A stretch of 64,000 bases of DNA, from NCBI GenBank assembly GCA_964392925.1, contig CAYMRP010000007.1:2214-66213 (forward strand), in the 5' to 3' direction. A model generated the notes under the pieces. It was not told the DNA's origin, ran no database searches, and worked only from the letters and a program-made list of their open reading frames with translations. Each line of letters starts with the position of its first letter. Position 1 is the first letter of the stretch. Shown piece by piece: positions 9,400-19,378 of this stretch. The position numbers were made by a program, and so were the translations under genes. The DNA is from an uncultured Gammaproteobacteria bacterium (GTDB lineage Bacteria; Patescibacteriota; Microgenomatia; Daviesbacterales; UBA10151).

Positions 9400-9936
9400 A
9401 TGAATGAAGAGAAATGTCCTAAATGCGGTGCGCCACTTAGCGAAGTTATAGAAACTCCAACTGGTAAAAAGTTGCAGAGATGTTCAACTGGTTCCTGGAA
9501 TAAAGAAACAAAAAAGAATGAGGGTTGTGATTATGTGAAGTGGTTAGAAGTTGCTCCTGAAGAATTAGATGAGAAATGTCCTAAATGCGGAAATCCGTTA
9601 GTACTTCAGGTAACCCGTTTTGGCAAGAAGATGAAGAAATGTTCAACAGGCGGTTGGGATTCAAAAGAGAAAAAGGCGACAGGATGTGACTATGTGGAAT
9701 GGATTAGTAATAATAAAACTGAACCTCTGGATATGGATTGTCCTGAGTGTGGTAATAAATTAGTTTTATTCACAACTTCTACAGGTAAGAAAGCTGAAAA
9801 ATGTTCAACAGGCGGTTGGGATTCAAAAGCTAAAAAGGCAACGGGTTGTACATATATTAGATGGTTGAAACCTGGAGAAGTTCCAGTTTCTTCTGCAGGC
9901 GAAGAATTCTTACCGCCTCCTCCTACGGAAGAATAA
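9400..9936 (+). CDS. Stand-alone topoisomerase-type C4 zinc-ribbon repeat protein
   Basis: Three CPxCG...CSTG.W...GC.Y..W repeats; ATG at 9400 preferred. Confidence 0.8.
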   Translation: MNEEKCPKCGAPLSEVIETPTGKKLQRCSTGSWNKETKKNEGCDYVKWLEVAPEELDEKCPKCGNPLVLQVTRFGKKMKKCSTGGWDSKEKKATGCDYVEWISNNKTEPLDMDCPECGNKLVLFTTSTGKKAEKCSTGGWDSKAKKATGCTYIRWLKPGEVPVSSAGEEFLPPPPTEE

Positions 9937-10023
9937 TTTTCTTACTGAGCTATTTCTTACATTGTCTTCACATTAAACTCATCCTTTATAGATAGTATTA
10001 ATTAAGAAAGGAGGGGAAGAATA

Positions 10024-10290
10024 ATGAACGCAAAAACTAATAATACTAGTACAGGTACAGCAGCAGCGGCTGGAATAGCAGGAGCTGTAGTTGGTGCTGG
10101 TGTAGCGATTGCAGCTACCAAAGTCATGAGCGATAAAAATATGCGGGAGAAAGTTACCGGTGTATTAACTAATGTTAAAGACCAGGTAATGGACGCAGTA
10201 GAAAGTGCCAGGACTAATGGTGAAAATGCCTTGGATGATGCTCAGGGTAAAATAGAAACCGCGAAAAAGGAGATTAAAGACAAGAGCTAA
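10024..10290 (+). CDS. Small membrane-anchored stress-type protein (YtxH-like)
   Basis: Strong SD GGAGG; Gly/Ala TM helix followed by amphipathic charged helix. Confidence 0.65.
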   Translation: MNAKTNNTSTGTAAAAGIAGAVVGAGVAIAATKVMSDKNMREKVTGVLTNVKDQVMDAVESARTNGENALDDAQGKIETAKKEIKDKS

Positions 10291-10356
10291 TCCAAAATTC
10301 CCTCCGGAGGGTAAAATGGTTCTTTTGTTATTACTCTTAAATGGTTAAAATAAATT

Positions 10357-10821
10357 ATGTTAAAACTTCTAACTGCGTTATTTGTTGCAGTTTTTTTATT
10401 TGTAACCCCTCAAAATTCTTCAGCTGCTGATGTTTTTACCAATGAAAAATTAATTTCGGTTGATTTAGGATCGCAAAAATTAATGGCTTGGGAGAACGGT
10501 AAAGTGGTTTATGAGACGAAGATTTCTTCTGGAATGAAGCTAACGCCAACAGTTAAAGGAAGCTTTAAAATCTATTATAAAACTCCACTAAGCGATATGA
10601 GGGGGCCTTCGCCATATAAAGATATATATCCATCAGGGAAATATCTGACTAAAAATGTGCCTAATTCAATGTATTTTTATCAAGGATATGCGGTTCACGG
10701 AGCTTATTGGCATAATAATTTTGGCCGGCCGGCATCTCATGGTTGTGTTAATACGCCTCTTGCTGCTGCGAAATGGCTCTATGATTGGGCTCCTGTCGGG
10801 ACCAGAGTTGAGGTTTGGTAA
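10357..10821 (+). CDS. L,D-transpeptidase (YkuD family)
   Basis: Signal peptide; AVHGAYWH...SHGCVN catalytic motif; GTRV end. Confidence 0.9.
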   Translation: MLKLLTALFVAVFLFVTPQNSSAADVFTNEKLISVDLGSQKLMAWENGKVVYETKISSGMKLTPTVKGSFKIYYKTPLSDMRGPSPYKDIYPSGKYLTKNVPNSMYFYQGYAVHGAYWHNNFGRPASHGCVNTPLAAAKWLYDWAPVGTRVEVW

Positions 10822-10822
10822 A

Positions 10823-12139
10823 TTAATTTCTGAGGATTTGAACTTTTTGCATAAAATTTACAACCACCGGATCAACAATAATATCTTGTACTAAAATCCG
10901 CTTTTTTAAATAAATTCCTTCTAAGCTTTTGCAGCGGCTTAAGGCCACGTACGTTTGACCGTGAGCAAATGCTCCACCGCCAAGATTTATGGCAACTAAT
11001 TTATAAGTTTGGCCTTGAGATTTGTGGATTGTTATAGCCCAAGCAAGCCTTAAGGGGAATTGAGTAAAAGAGCTAACGACTTCTTCTTTGACTTTGCGGG
11101 TTTTAATATCATAATGATAGCGGATTTTGGTCCAGGTTTCTTTTTGGACAGAATAGATTATTCCATCGATATTAACTTTAATTTCCAGATCGCTTAAGGA
11201 ATCAATAATTCCGAGAGTTCCGTTAACCCATCTTTTCTCACGGTCATTTTTTAAAAACATTACCTGAGCGCCTTTTTTAAGAATTAAAACTTCTTCGGTG
11301 GGAAAAGCACTTTCTTCAAGTTCGCCATCAATATCGGCAATGTAATCTGTTGAGGATTCATCAAGATCGGCTAGCCGGCGCATATTAATTTCTCTAACCA
11401 GGTTGTTGGTTGTAACTAAAGTTATAATTCCGTCTTTCGGGACTGATAAATCAACCCGGTTATTTAATAATTCTAGATGTTCCGAAGTCACTTCACCCAA
11501 GCGAATACTATTTAATATATCTTTGAAAAGTTCGTCTTTTTGCCGGAAGATTTTACCTAACTCATAAACTTCCAGATCAGCGTTCTCCCAAACATGAGCA
11601 TTGAAAAAATAATAACCGCCATGATTGTGAGCAAAGTATTGCTGGAGTCCCTGACTGTCAACAATCGGAGGCAGTTGGTAAAGATCGCCGAACATGACGA
11701 TTTGAGCACCACCGAAAGGATCATTATTGGATCGGGCCATCCGAAGCAAATGATCTATACCATCCATTAAATCGGCCCGGACCATAGAGATTTCATCAAT
11801 AATAATAGTATCCACATTTCTAAGAAGTAGAGCTGTTTTTGAAGTTAGATTTAATTCTTCGGGCCTGATAAAACCTGGTTTTATTTTAAAAAATGAATGA
11901 ATAGTCTGGCCCCTAACGTTTAAAGCTGCGACTCCAGTTGGGGCAACGACGACGGCTTGTTTCATAGTGTTCTCTTTAAAATATTGAAGTAGAACTGATT
12001 TTCCGGTGCCGGCTTTTCCGGTAATGAACATGTTGCTGCCGGTTTCTTCGATTCGTTCAAACAGCTCCTGTTGTTCAGAGCTTAGGTCAATATCAGAGAT
12101 GTTTGACTGCTTATTAATAATGGTAGTATCTTCAGGCAT
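10823..12139 (-). CDS. Pif1/RecD-like SF1 helicase
   Basis: ITGKAGTGKS, APTGVAA, IIDEISM, FGDLYQLPP, AWAITIHKSQG, YVALSR. Confidence 0.92.
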   Translation of the reverse strand: MPEDTTIINKQSNISDIDLSSEQQELFERIEETGSNMFITGKAGTGKSVLLQYFKENTMKQAVVVAPTGVAALNVRGQTIHSFFKIKPGFIRPEELNLTSKTALLLRNVDTIIIDEISMVRADLMDGIDHLLRMARSNNDPFGGAQIVMFGDLYQLPPIVDSQGLQQYFAHNHGGYYFFNAHVWENADLEVYELGKIFRQKDELFKDILNSIRLGEVTSEHLELLNNRVDLSVPKDGIITLVTTNNLVREINMRRLADLDESSTDYIADIDGELEESAFPTEEVLILKKGAQVMFLKNDREKRWVNGTLGIIDSLSDLEIKVNIDGIIYSVQKETWTKIRYHYDIKTRKVKEEVVSSFTQFPLRLAWAITIHKSQGQTYKLVAINLGGGAFAHGQTYVALSRCKSLEGIYLKKRILVQDIIVDPVVVNFMQKVQILRN

Positions 12140-12192
12140 AATTTTGGGTATTTAATATAAGACCCATATCTTAACACGAGATTAAAGAGGTA

Positions 12193-13506
12193 TTAAATTG
12201 ATAAGAAATCTTTTAACGCTTGTTTATCAGTTTTGTAAATTTGTTCAAGTTGATATAAACACATAAATAATGGAGTTGAAACATTATTGCGGTTTTTAAT
12301 ATCGGCTATCACATTTGGTAATTGATCCAAAGTATCGACTTTAAATTTAAGAGTTGAATGTTTGTCGGTCCTGACTTCTTCAGGATTAGGGCGATAATCT
12401 TCGGCGTTTCCCGGAAGTTTGGTTATGCCGGTAAATTCTGGTTTGCCACCGCGGGTGACCCACCTATAAAATCCTAACAGCAAAGTCTTATTTAACTTAT
12501 TATCAATTTTTTTATCTGGCAGACTTTCTTCAATTAATTCGCGTTCCATGGTATTTATAACTGTTTGCTGTAAATTGTGATGAGTTAAATCTGAGTAGTT
12601 TGAGGAACCGGAGCCGGTTGGGATAAGCATGTCTTTATTAAATTGAGCTGTTGATGCTTGAACCCAGAGAATAATATAGTTATCAGCAGTAAAGCCGATG
12701 GTAGAACAACCTAGATGGTCATTCATTTGAGAGGAGGCGATATCAGATAAATAATGATTGCCTTCTGTATCCTCTGTGGAAGGAAAAATATGTTCAGTGG
12801 TAATTGTAGTGTGGACTTTGTCTTTGATGAGTAAGGTAGTGCCGCTGACTTGGTTAGTTACGAACGAATCATAATAGCCGCCAGTATGACAGGTGACGTG
12901 TTTGGAGTTTAAACTTATATCTTTTGACAAACAAAGCTTTTTGTCATTTGTGAATTGACGGTTAGCATGAAGAGAGGTGAAGAAGTAGTGATTCAAATAT
13001 TGAAGCAGGATTTCGCGGTGCTTTTGGATATATTTTTTTATGTGGGTTTGTTTAAGACTTGAAATAACGATAGATATTGGAGTGGTCCGTAAATAATCAT
13101 TGATTTTCTCTGAAACGAAAATCAAATCGCTTTTATTGCCGGGGATTTCTACAGGGATGAAACCTAGATCTTTTTCTTTTTCACCGGGTTTGACGAAAGG
13201 TTTAATAAGATTATTACGGAGGATACTTCTTTGGATATGAAAATAGGATCTTAATTCAGCTTGGGTGATATAAGTTTCCCAGATGAACTTGATAATAACC
13301 AAAACAATTATCAAACTAATTGTTTGTTCACCGGGAGTATCTTTAAATTTAGAGACCAGTTCGTGTTCCAAAAGATAGACGGAAAGGATAAAAATAAATA
13401 CACCAAGTAGCAGTCGGGTTGACTCTCCCTGCTGGAGAAAAATCAGGTATCTAATATAGTCGTGCCACATTCTGGCCTTTGTTAAAATTGAAAGTTTTCG
13501 AGTCAT
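12193..13506 (-). CDS. Two-TM membrane protein with Nudix-like C-terminal domain
   Basis: Two N-terminal TM helices; PTGSGS...MERELIEES Nudix-box-like helix; RGGKPEF. Confidence 0.55.
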   Translation of the reverse strand: MTRKLSILTKARMWHDYIRYLIFLQQGESTRLLLGVFIFILSVYLLEHELVSKFKDTPGEQTISLIIVLVIIKFIWETYITQAELRSYFHIQRSILRNNLIKPFVKPGEKEKDLGFIPVEIPGNKSDLIFVSEKINDYLRTTPISIVISSLKQTHIKKYIQKHREILLQYLNHYFFTSLHANRQFTNDKKLCLSKDISLNSKHVTCHTGGYYDSFVTNQVSGTTLLIKDKVHTTITTEHIFPSTEDTEGNHYLSDIASSQMNDHLGCSTIGFTADNYIILWVQASTAQFNKDMLIPTGSGSSNYSDLTHHNLQQTVINTMERELIEESLPDKKIDNKLNKTLLLGFYRWVTRGGKPEFTGITKLPGNAEDYRPNPEEVRTDKHSTLKFKVDTLDQLPNVIADIKNRNNVSTPLFMCLYQLEQIYKTDKQALKDFLSI

Positions 13507-13534
13507 CTCTTAAGTATAATAATTTTACTCAAGA

Positions 13535-13918
13535 TTATATATGGTCTGATGTGTCGGCTTGCGCCTCTGTCTTTGTTTTATGTATAGTGCCGTCTTTATG
13601 ATGAGCTGGACTGTATATTGTATAAAGCTTAAGAGGTTTTTCGCTTGAGGTGTTAATGACATTATGCTTTGAACCTGCAGGAATGATAATCGCATCGCCC
13701 TCTTTGACTTCGTAGCCATTCCCATCAATGATAATTCTTGCTTCGCCACTTTCAAATCTCAAAAACTGATCAACAATTTCATGGATCTCCATGCCGATTT
13801 CTTCATTTGGCTTTAGACTCATGATAACTAGCTGACTGTGCTGCCCTGTAAATAAAACTTTTCTGAAAAAATCATTTTCCAAAGTTAGTTTTTCGATATT
13901 GCCTATAAATTTTGTCAA
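13535..13918 (-). CDS. Cupin domain protein
   Basis: EIGMEIH...DQFLRFESG, IPAGSKHNV, KLYTIYSP; SD GGAGG. Confidence 0.9.
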   Translation of the reverse strand: MTKFIGNIEKLTLENDFFRKVLFTGQHSQLVIMSLKPNEEIGMEIHEIVDQFLRFESGEARIIIDGNGYEVKEGDAIIIPAGSKHNVINTSSEKPLKLYTIYSPAHHKDGTIHKTKTEAQADTSDHI

Positions 13919-14000
13919 AATAATTCACCTCCTTTTACTCAAACAATAATAACAGAAGCTGGTTGATTGTATGTGTTTTTAATCACTGTATAATTGCTTA

Positions 14001-14375
14001 ATGAATATTGAAGAAAACCTGCCTGAAAGGTTTATTAATAGTGCATTTCATCCATCTTTATTTGTGTATGCATGGAAGAGAAATACTTTAGATAAGTTGT
14101 TTGAGGAGTTAATGCAGAGTAATGTAGCTATTGTTTATGGTGAAGCCTGGAGAGTAGAAGGAGATGAGTATTTTGGAATAATTCCATTTAAAAATGGCAG
14201 TAAAGCAGTTTTATCTTGGAAAATAGAGCAGAAAGAAGGGGAAGAGTGGTATGACTTTGTCGAGCGATCAATGAAAGATTCGCTGGAGGCAATTACCAGT
14301 AAAGATTTAGAAAAGAAAACGAGTGCAGTAGTTAGAAGCAAAATTTATTATCATTTTAAATTTGCAATTGAGTAA
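14001..14375 (+). CDS. Hypothetical protein (weak Imm40-like resemblance)
   Basis: YAWK...NVAIVYGEAW pattern; 124-aa ORF. Confidence 0.55.
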   Translation: MNIEENLPERFINSAFHPSLFVYAWKRNTLDKLFEELMQSNVAIVYGEAWRVEGDEYFGIIPFKNGSKAVLSWKIEQKEGEEWYDFVERSMKDSLEAITSKDLEKKTSAVVRSKIYYHFKFAIE

Positions 14376-14393
14376 CTTGCGTGGCGGGGGTGT

Positions 14394-15098
14394 TTAAAGT
14401 GCAGCCCGGTTTTGTTTAGTATCATCGATTCCTCCAACCTGACCTAATTCTTCGACTTTGTCTCGGATATTATCCGGATGAAGAACAGATAAGTCTATTG
14501 CCTGACGATGGGCAATTACCAGCCCTTGGATTATCTTTCGGAGTTTTAAAGCATCTGCTTTTTTTAAGTAAGTTATATTTACAGAATTCTCAACATATCC
14601 CTGATCAACTATTTTTACAGTTGCAAAAAATAGTGAGGTCTCAACAACAATGTCCAGAATGTCTTTTACTAGAATACTGTGAATATGTTGAGAGTAAAAG
14701 AACTCCCTGAAGATGATATTAACCTTATACGGATCAACGATTACATCGTTGGTGAAAAGGGTAAAGGGGAAAACTGTGCTGACTTTTACTAATACATCGC
14801 TGGATTTGTCTACTAAATTATTTAGTTTGGTTGTTGCCAGATCTTTTTTCTCCTGCTTATTGTCTTTGCTCTGCGGGCTATCCTTTGTTTCATCTTTAGG
14901 CATCATTGTTTCCTGATTTAATAGGAGTCTTTTTTTGTCCCGGGTAAAATATTCGACTGGAGGAGGAGTCGGCTCTCCTATAACTTCTGATGAGTCAGTC
15001 GTTTTTAGAGGTGAGTCGTTTGCGTTTTTAAAATTTTCTTTCTTGTCTTTTATGTATTCTTTTTTTAATTCTGTTCCAAATTGACCTGATGCAAACAT
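14394..15098 (-). CDS. Hypothetical protein with PH-like domain
   Basis: VFPFTLF...KVNII...DILDI...FFATVKI pattern; SD GGAG. Confidence 0.6.
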   Translation of the reverse strand: MFASGQFGTELKKEYIKDKKENFKNANDSPLKTTDSSEVIGEPTPPPVEYFTRDKKRLLLNQETMMPKDETKDSPQSKDNKQEKKDLATTKLNNLVDKSSDVLVKVSTVFPFTLFTNDVIVDPYKVNIIFREFFYSQHIHSILVKDILDIVVETSLFFATVKIVDQGYVENSVNITYLKKADALKLRKIIQGLVIAHRQAIDLSVLHPDNIRDKVEELGQVGGIDDTKQNRAAL

Positions 15099-15255
15099 AG
15101 TAAATCTCCTTTAGCAAATTTTAGAAATTTTTAGTGAAGATCGTATAGGAGAGATGAAAGAATTGTATAAGAATTAATCTTACTTTTTTATTACGGCAAA
15201 TTAATTTTACTTTATTGAAGAGAAGATATCTTTACTTTTTAAGGAGGTGATATAC

Positions 15256-15825
15256 ATGTCAGCAGTAATATTGGGAGTTTTTTCGAAAGAGTCGTTTGCT
15301 GAAGATGCAATTTCTAAGCTTGAAGCTCGAGGCTATAACCCTAAAGATATGTCTATTTTAATGAAAGATAATGAAGCTGCCAAAAGAATGTCTGAAGATA
15401 CCGGAGCAGATGTTGCAGGAGGAGCTGTGTCAGGTGCCAGTACTGGAGCTCTAGTTGGGGGAGTGGCAGGATTTTTAGCTGGAACTGTGCTTCCCGGACT
15501 AGGAGGATTCCTTATTGGAGGTCCAATAGGAGCGGCTTTAGGATTAACCGGAGCTGCGGCAACGACAGTTTCAGGAGCTGCTACAGGAGTAGTGGCAGGA
15601 GGACTGATTGGTGCTTTAACGAGTACTTTTGGAATTAGCGATGATGATGCGCGCGATTATGAAAGTAAAATTAATAATGGTGGGATTTTAATTGCAGTTC
15701 CTACTAAAGATGGGGATGCGCATGAGGTTAAGTCCATTATGACTAATTTTGATGCAGATGGAGTCAGGGAAATTGATTCTGACGGCCAAAATCATAATAG
15801 AAGGGTGATCGCAGATCGTGATTAA
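15256..15825 (+). CDS. General stress protein (YflT-like, Gly-zipper)
   Basis: SD AAGGAGG; AEDAISKLEARGY, Gly-rich TM hairpin, YESKINNGGILIAV. Confidence 0.8.
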   Translation: MSAVILGVFSKESFAEDAISKLEARGYNPKDMSILMKDNEAAKRMSEDTGADVAGGAVSGASTGALVGGVAGFLAGTVLPGLGGFLIGGPIGAALGLTGAAATTVSGAATGVVAGGLIGALTSTFGISDDDARDYESKINNGGILIAVPTKDGDAHEVKSIMTNFDADGVREIDSDGQNHNRRVIADRD

Positions 15826-15831
15826 CCCCAG

Positions 15832-15860
15832 ATTGGAGACTGGTTATGCCAGTCTCCAAT
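15832..15860. terminator. Hairpin between convergent genes (likely terminator)
   Basis: Perfect 12-bp stem ATTGGAGACTGG-TTATG-CCAGTCTCCAAT. Confidence 0.75.
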
Positions 15861-15869
15861 TCTTTTAGA

Positions 15870-16322
15870 TTAATTAGTGCTGATCTCTTTTTTTGAGTCA
15901 GATTTTTTAGCGATAACCTTAATTTTCTTCGGAGCTATTACTTCAGCTTTGGGGAAAACCAGTTTTAAGACTCCGTGTTCAAGAATTGCTTCCGGCTCTT
16001 TGTCAGCGGCTATTCCGTCAGGTAATTTAAAAGAATAATTATATGAGGATGCCATTGAGGACATAAAATATTTCCTCTTGTCCTTTTCTTCCTGAGCTTG
16101 TTCGTTTGAAGCACTTATCCTAACCACTTTTTGGTCGATTGAAATATCGATCTTATCGTCAGGAATTCCCGGTAAAGCGACTTCAGCAATCAAAGAATTT
16201 TCGGTCTCGAAAATATTAAGACCTTGACCCATTACTTTGGAGAGTCCAGGTACTGTTGGTAAATCCCAGTCTTCATCTAGAAGAGAAGACATATTCCAAG
16301 GATTCCATCTTATTAATGTCAT
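15870..16322 (-). CDS. Small heat shock protein Hsp20
   Basis: NIFETE...ALPGI...IDISI, SFKLP...A.LEHGVLKLVFPK. Confidence 0.9.
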   Translation of the reverse strand: MTLIRWNPWNMSSLLDEDWDLPTVPGLSKVMGQGLNIFETENSLIAEVALPGIPDDKIDISIDQKVVRISASNEQAQEEKDKRKYFMSSMASSYNYSFKLPDGIAADKEPEAILEHGVLKLVFPKAEVIAPKKIKVIAKKSDSKKEISTN

Positions 16323-16352
16323 TATTACTCACCTCCTGTCTTTAATCTGTTA

Positions 16353-16379
16353 TTAGCAGTAATATACAACGAGTGCTAA
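16353..16379. promoter_or_regulatory. CIRCE (HrcA operator) upstream of hsp20
   Basis: TTAGCAGTA-N9-GAGTGCTAA versus consensus TTAGCACTC-N9-GAGTGCTAA; minus-strand TTGACA at 16385-16390. Confidence 0.85.
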
Positions 16380-16523
16380 TTTATTGTCAAGATCCAACAC
16401 ATTTCTTTGACAAAGACTGTTTAGGTATCTATCAATAATCAATGAGTTTAATTAGTTTATTATTCCTGATTAACGTTAATCATTAGTATTGACACTTCGG
16501 TTAAGTTGGTTCATATTTAATAT

Positions 16524-16709
16524 ATGGCAAAGAACAAAGTATCTAAACCAACTACGATGAATCTGATGCAATATAAAAAACATCTTCTTCCTTCACTAGC
16601 TGGAGGAGGTGTAGCGTATATTCTTACTGGGGTTGCAGTACTTGGAGCAGCAGTATTTGCTGCAGTATGGGCAGGTAACGCAATTAACCATCATCTTCAT
16701 AAAAAGTAA
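16524..16709 (+). CDS. Small hypothetical membrane protein
   Basis: 61-aa ORF with TM segments, upstream TTGACA. Confidence 0.55.
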   Translation: MAKNKVSKPTTMNLMQYKKHLLPSLAGGGVAYILTGVAVLGAAVFAAVWAGNAINHHLHKK

Positions 16710-16814
16710 AAATCCTCCTGTTCTTTAATTTAAGATTTATTAATAGCTCATAGATAATAATTTCTCAAAATTAATTCTCTTGAATTTCTTTTATAATTTC
16801 ATTACGCTGGTTAT

Positions 16815-18431
16815 GTGGTAAAAGTTTTATCCTTATTCCTCTTTTTTTTGATCTCAGTTATGTTTTTTCAAAAACCGGTTTATGCTGCTGTTAGCTGGAC
16901 TGAGACTCAACCTGCGGGAGATACTGATCAGTCATGGACTCCAGTGGCTATGTCTTCAGACGGCCAGATAATGATCGCCGGTGTCCAAAATGCGCGGCTC
17001 TATTTGTCAGAAAATGGCGGTGATAGCTGGACTGAAACTCAGCCAGCCGGAGATCAGGATTATTCCTGGCTCACACTTAGCATGTCTTCAGATGGCCAAA
17101 CTATCTTGGCTGGAGTAAATAATGGCAGATTATATATTACTAATAATGGTGGAGATTCCTGGGCTGAAACCCGTCCGGGAGGCGACAATGATCTTGCGTG
17201 GTACACCAGCAGTGTGTCTGCAGATGGTCAAATAATTTTAGCTGGTGTTCGAAACGGTAGATTATACCTATCATCTAATGGTGGAAGCGGCTGGGGTGAG
17301 GTGCAGCCTGCAGGGAATACGGATCAACCATGGGCTAGCTCTACAATGTCTTCTGACGGAGAAATAATATTTGCCGGTATGAATGCTGGCAGGCTGTATC
17401 GGTCAATTAATAGTGGAGGCTCTTGGGATGAGATGCAGCCGGCTGGGGATACAGATTCACAATGGACTGCGCTTGGGGTTTCGTCAAATGGGCAAGATGT
17501 ATTAGCTGGGGCACTTAATGGCAGGTTATATCGATCGACCAATGGTGGAGATTCCTGGGGAGAAATTCAGCCTGCGGGAGATATCGAAACAACCTGGAGC
17601 TTTGCTGCCGTTTCTTCAGACGGGAATACTATGTTTGTCTCAAGCGGCTTGAGACTTTATATCTCAAGTAATAGTGGCGATAGTTGGACTGAAACTCAGC
17701 CTTTGGGTGATACAGACCAATCCTGGTCTGGAGGAGGTATGTCTTCTGACAGCCAGGTGCTGGTTGCAGCTGATTACAACGGAAGGATTTTTTTAGGTTC
17801 AAATCCTCTACCTCCACCTTCTTCAAATAATTCTGTTTATAATCCACCTGCCGGATTTGGTCCTCCAAGCTGCAATGATTCAGCGCCTTCTGTTATCCCA
17901 GATCTATTCCGAGTAGATGCTGCAGGTACTTATGTTAATTTGTATTTTTCTACAGTTAGCGGAGGTACAGGGTATAACGTGAGTTATGGACTTAATTCTG
18001 ATGCTAATCAGTATGGGGATTTGTTTGGTTATTCAGGCGATCTTTGGACTATCGGCAGGACAGTTTCCGGCTTGCAGCCGAATACTACTTACTACTTTAG
18101 GGTTCAGGCAGTGAATGGATGTAATGCGGGGGCTTGGAGCCCTGTGAAATCTGTTAAAACAAGAGGACGGACTGCGAATGTTTCGCAGTGGTTTGCTAAT
18201 TTGAATCCTTTTAGTTCAAATCCGGCTTTAGTTACTAGTAAGTCTGCAGGGGCTGTTGCAGGGGTTTCTAAGACTCCGGGAAATTGTACTTATACAGTTC
18301 AGGAAGGGGATTCTTTTTGGAAAATTGCGTTAGAGCAGTTGGGGAGTGGAAGTAGATTTGGGGAGTTGGAGAGTTTGAATCCGGGGGTTTCGGTGCTTCA
18401 AATTGGGCAGATGATTTCTGTTTGCAAATAG
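16815..18431 (+). CDS. Secreted beta-propeller (BNR/Asp-box repeats) + FN3 + LysM protein
   Basis: Signal peptide; ~7 repeats RLY.S.NGG.SW.E.QPAG; GLQPNTTYYFRVQAVNG; YTVQEGDSFWKIA. Confidence 0.85.
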   Translation: MVKVLSLFLFFLISVMFFQKPVYAAVSWTETQPAGDTDQSWTPVAMSSDGQIMIAGVQNARLYLSENGGDSWTETQPAGDQDYSWLTLSMSSDGQTILAGVNNGRLYITNNGGDSWAETRPGGDNDLAWYTSSVSADGQIILAGVRNGRLYLSSNGGSGWGEVQPAGNTDQPWASSTMSSDGEIIFAGMNAGRLYRSINSGGSWDEMQPAGDTDSQWTALGVSSNGQDVLAGALNGRLYRSTNGGDSWGEIQPAGDIETTWSFAAVSSDGNTMFVSSGLRLYISSNSGDSWTETQPLGDTDQSWSGGGMSSDSQVLVAADYNGRIFLGSNPLPPPSSNNSVYNPPAGFGPPSCNDSAPSVIPDLFRVDAAGTYVNLYFSTVSGGTGYNVSYGLNSDANQYGDLFGYSGDLWTIGRTVSGLQPNTTYYFRVQAVNGCNAGAWSPVKSVKTRGRTANVSQWFANLNPFSSNPALVTSKSAGAVAGVSKTPGNCTYTVQEGDSFWKIALEQLGSGSRFGELESLNPGVSVLQIGQMISVCK

Positions 18432-18466
18432 TTTTTTAGCTTCAACCCTGTTAAAATCCGTTAATA

Positions 18467-19168
18467 ATGTCAGGGAACAAATTTACAAAAGAACTATATC
18501 ATTCACTAGCAGGGATAAATAATGCGGTTGAGAGAACCGAAGATAGATCACTTGATAAACACACAGTGCAAGAGTACATGAATTTTTTAGCAGAGGCTAA
18601 TCTAAAGTCCCCAGGTTTATTAAGTCAGCTTGATCCGAATCAATTTTGGAATAGTATCGGTTATTCGAAGACTGGGGTATCGGCTCATATTGCAAGAAAT
18701 TTAGGGAAGCTAAAGAGCGTATTGGATGATTTTGTTGAGACTCCAGTTGCCCCGGGTAAAAGCTTTCATTTTATTACTGATCCGAAGCTGAGGAAGATAC
18801 TTGAGCGTGATTATATAGAAATACAAAAGAGTGTGATTTCTGAAAATTGGAAATCGACTATAATATTGTCAGGAGGAGCGCTTGAGGCAGTTCTCTTAGA
18901 CTTATTATTAAAGAATGAGACTCTAGCTAAATCATCTAGTAAAGCTCCGAAGGGTAACTTGAACGAGTGGGATTTGAACGAACTAATTGAGACGGGTGTA
19001 GATATTAAAATTGTAGACTCCCAAATTGGTAAGCTTTCCCATTCTGTGAGGGAGTATAGGAATCTTATACATCCTGGAGTGGAGATTAGGAAGAATCTAA
19101 AAATAGAGCCAGAGGAAGGAAAAATTGCTGTAGAGGTTCTAAATATATTAATAAGGGAGTTAAGTTAA
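18467..19168 (+). CDS. HEPN/DUF4145-like protein
   Basis: STIILSGGALEAVL helix and REYRNLIHP (RxxxxH-type) motif. Confidence 0.65.
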   Translation: MSGNKFTKELYHSLAGINNAVERTEDRSLDKHTVQEYMNFLAEANLKSPGLLSQLDPNQFWNSIGYSKTGVSAHIARNLGKLKSVLDDFVETPVAPGKSFHFITDPKLRKILERDYIEIQKSVISENWKSTIILSGGALEAVLLDLLLKNETLAKSSSKAPKGNLNEWDLNELIETGVDIKIVDSQIGKLSHSVREYRNLIHPGVEIRKNLKIEPEEGKIAVEVLNILIRELS

Positions 19169-19170
19169 TT

Positions 19171-19211
19171 ATGTCATTAAAAGTAGGGAAGCCCATTCTA
19201 CTATCCCAACT
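19171..19211 (+). other. attL: original ychF start (ATG TCA TTA AAA GTA GGG = MSLKVG), core AGTAGGGA (19182-19189), right attP arm TATCCCAACT
   Basis: Encodes a YchF-like N-terminus then diverges; 8-bp core identical to 36034-36041. Confidence 0.88.
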
Positions 19212-19334
19212 AATAGTTTCCACTTTAAACTAAGTTTTACCCTCCCTGATCCCAGAAAAGCTAGATTAATCCTTGAAAGAGACGTTTTAGGAAGAATAAT
19301 CCATTCAAAACCACCAGCAATGCCTTTAATTTGA
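19188..19334 (+). other. Detached 3' segment of integrase gene (48 codons, in frame only after excision)
   Basis: Joining attR-left to attL-right extends the integrase with EAHSTIPTNSFHFKLSFTLPDPRKARLILERDVLGRIIHSKPPAMPLI-stop. Confidence 0.7.
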
Positions 19335-19378
19335 GGCTAAGAAAGGAATTACGAGGGCATACCCCGTAAGCGTAGCTT

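Noticed and set aside
16890-17790. DNA repeats suggesting a repeat array or DGR
   Set aside because: They are explained by beta-propeller protein repeats; no reverse transcriptase or adenine-specific TR/VR pair was seen.
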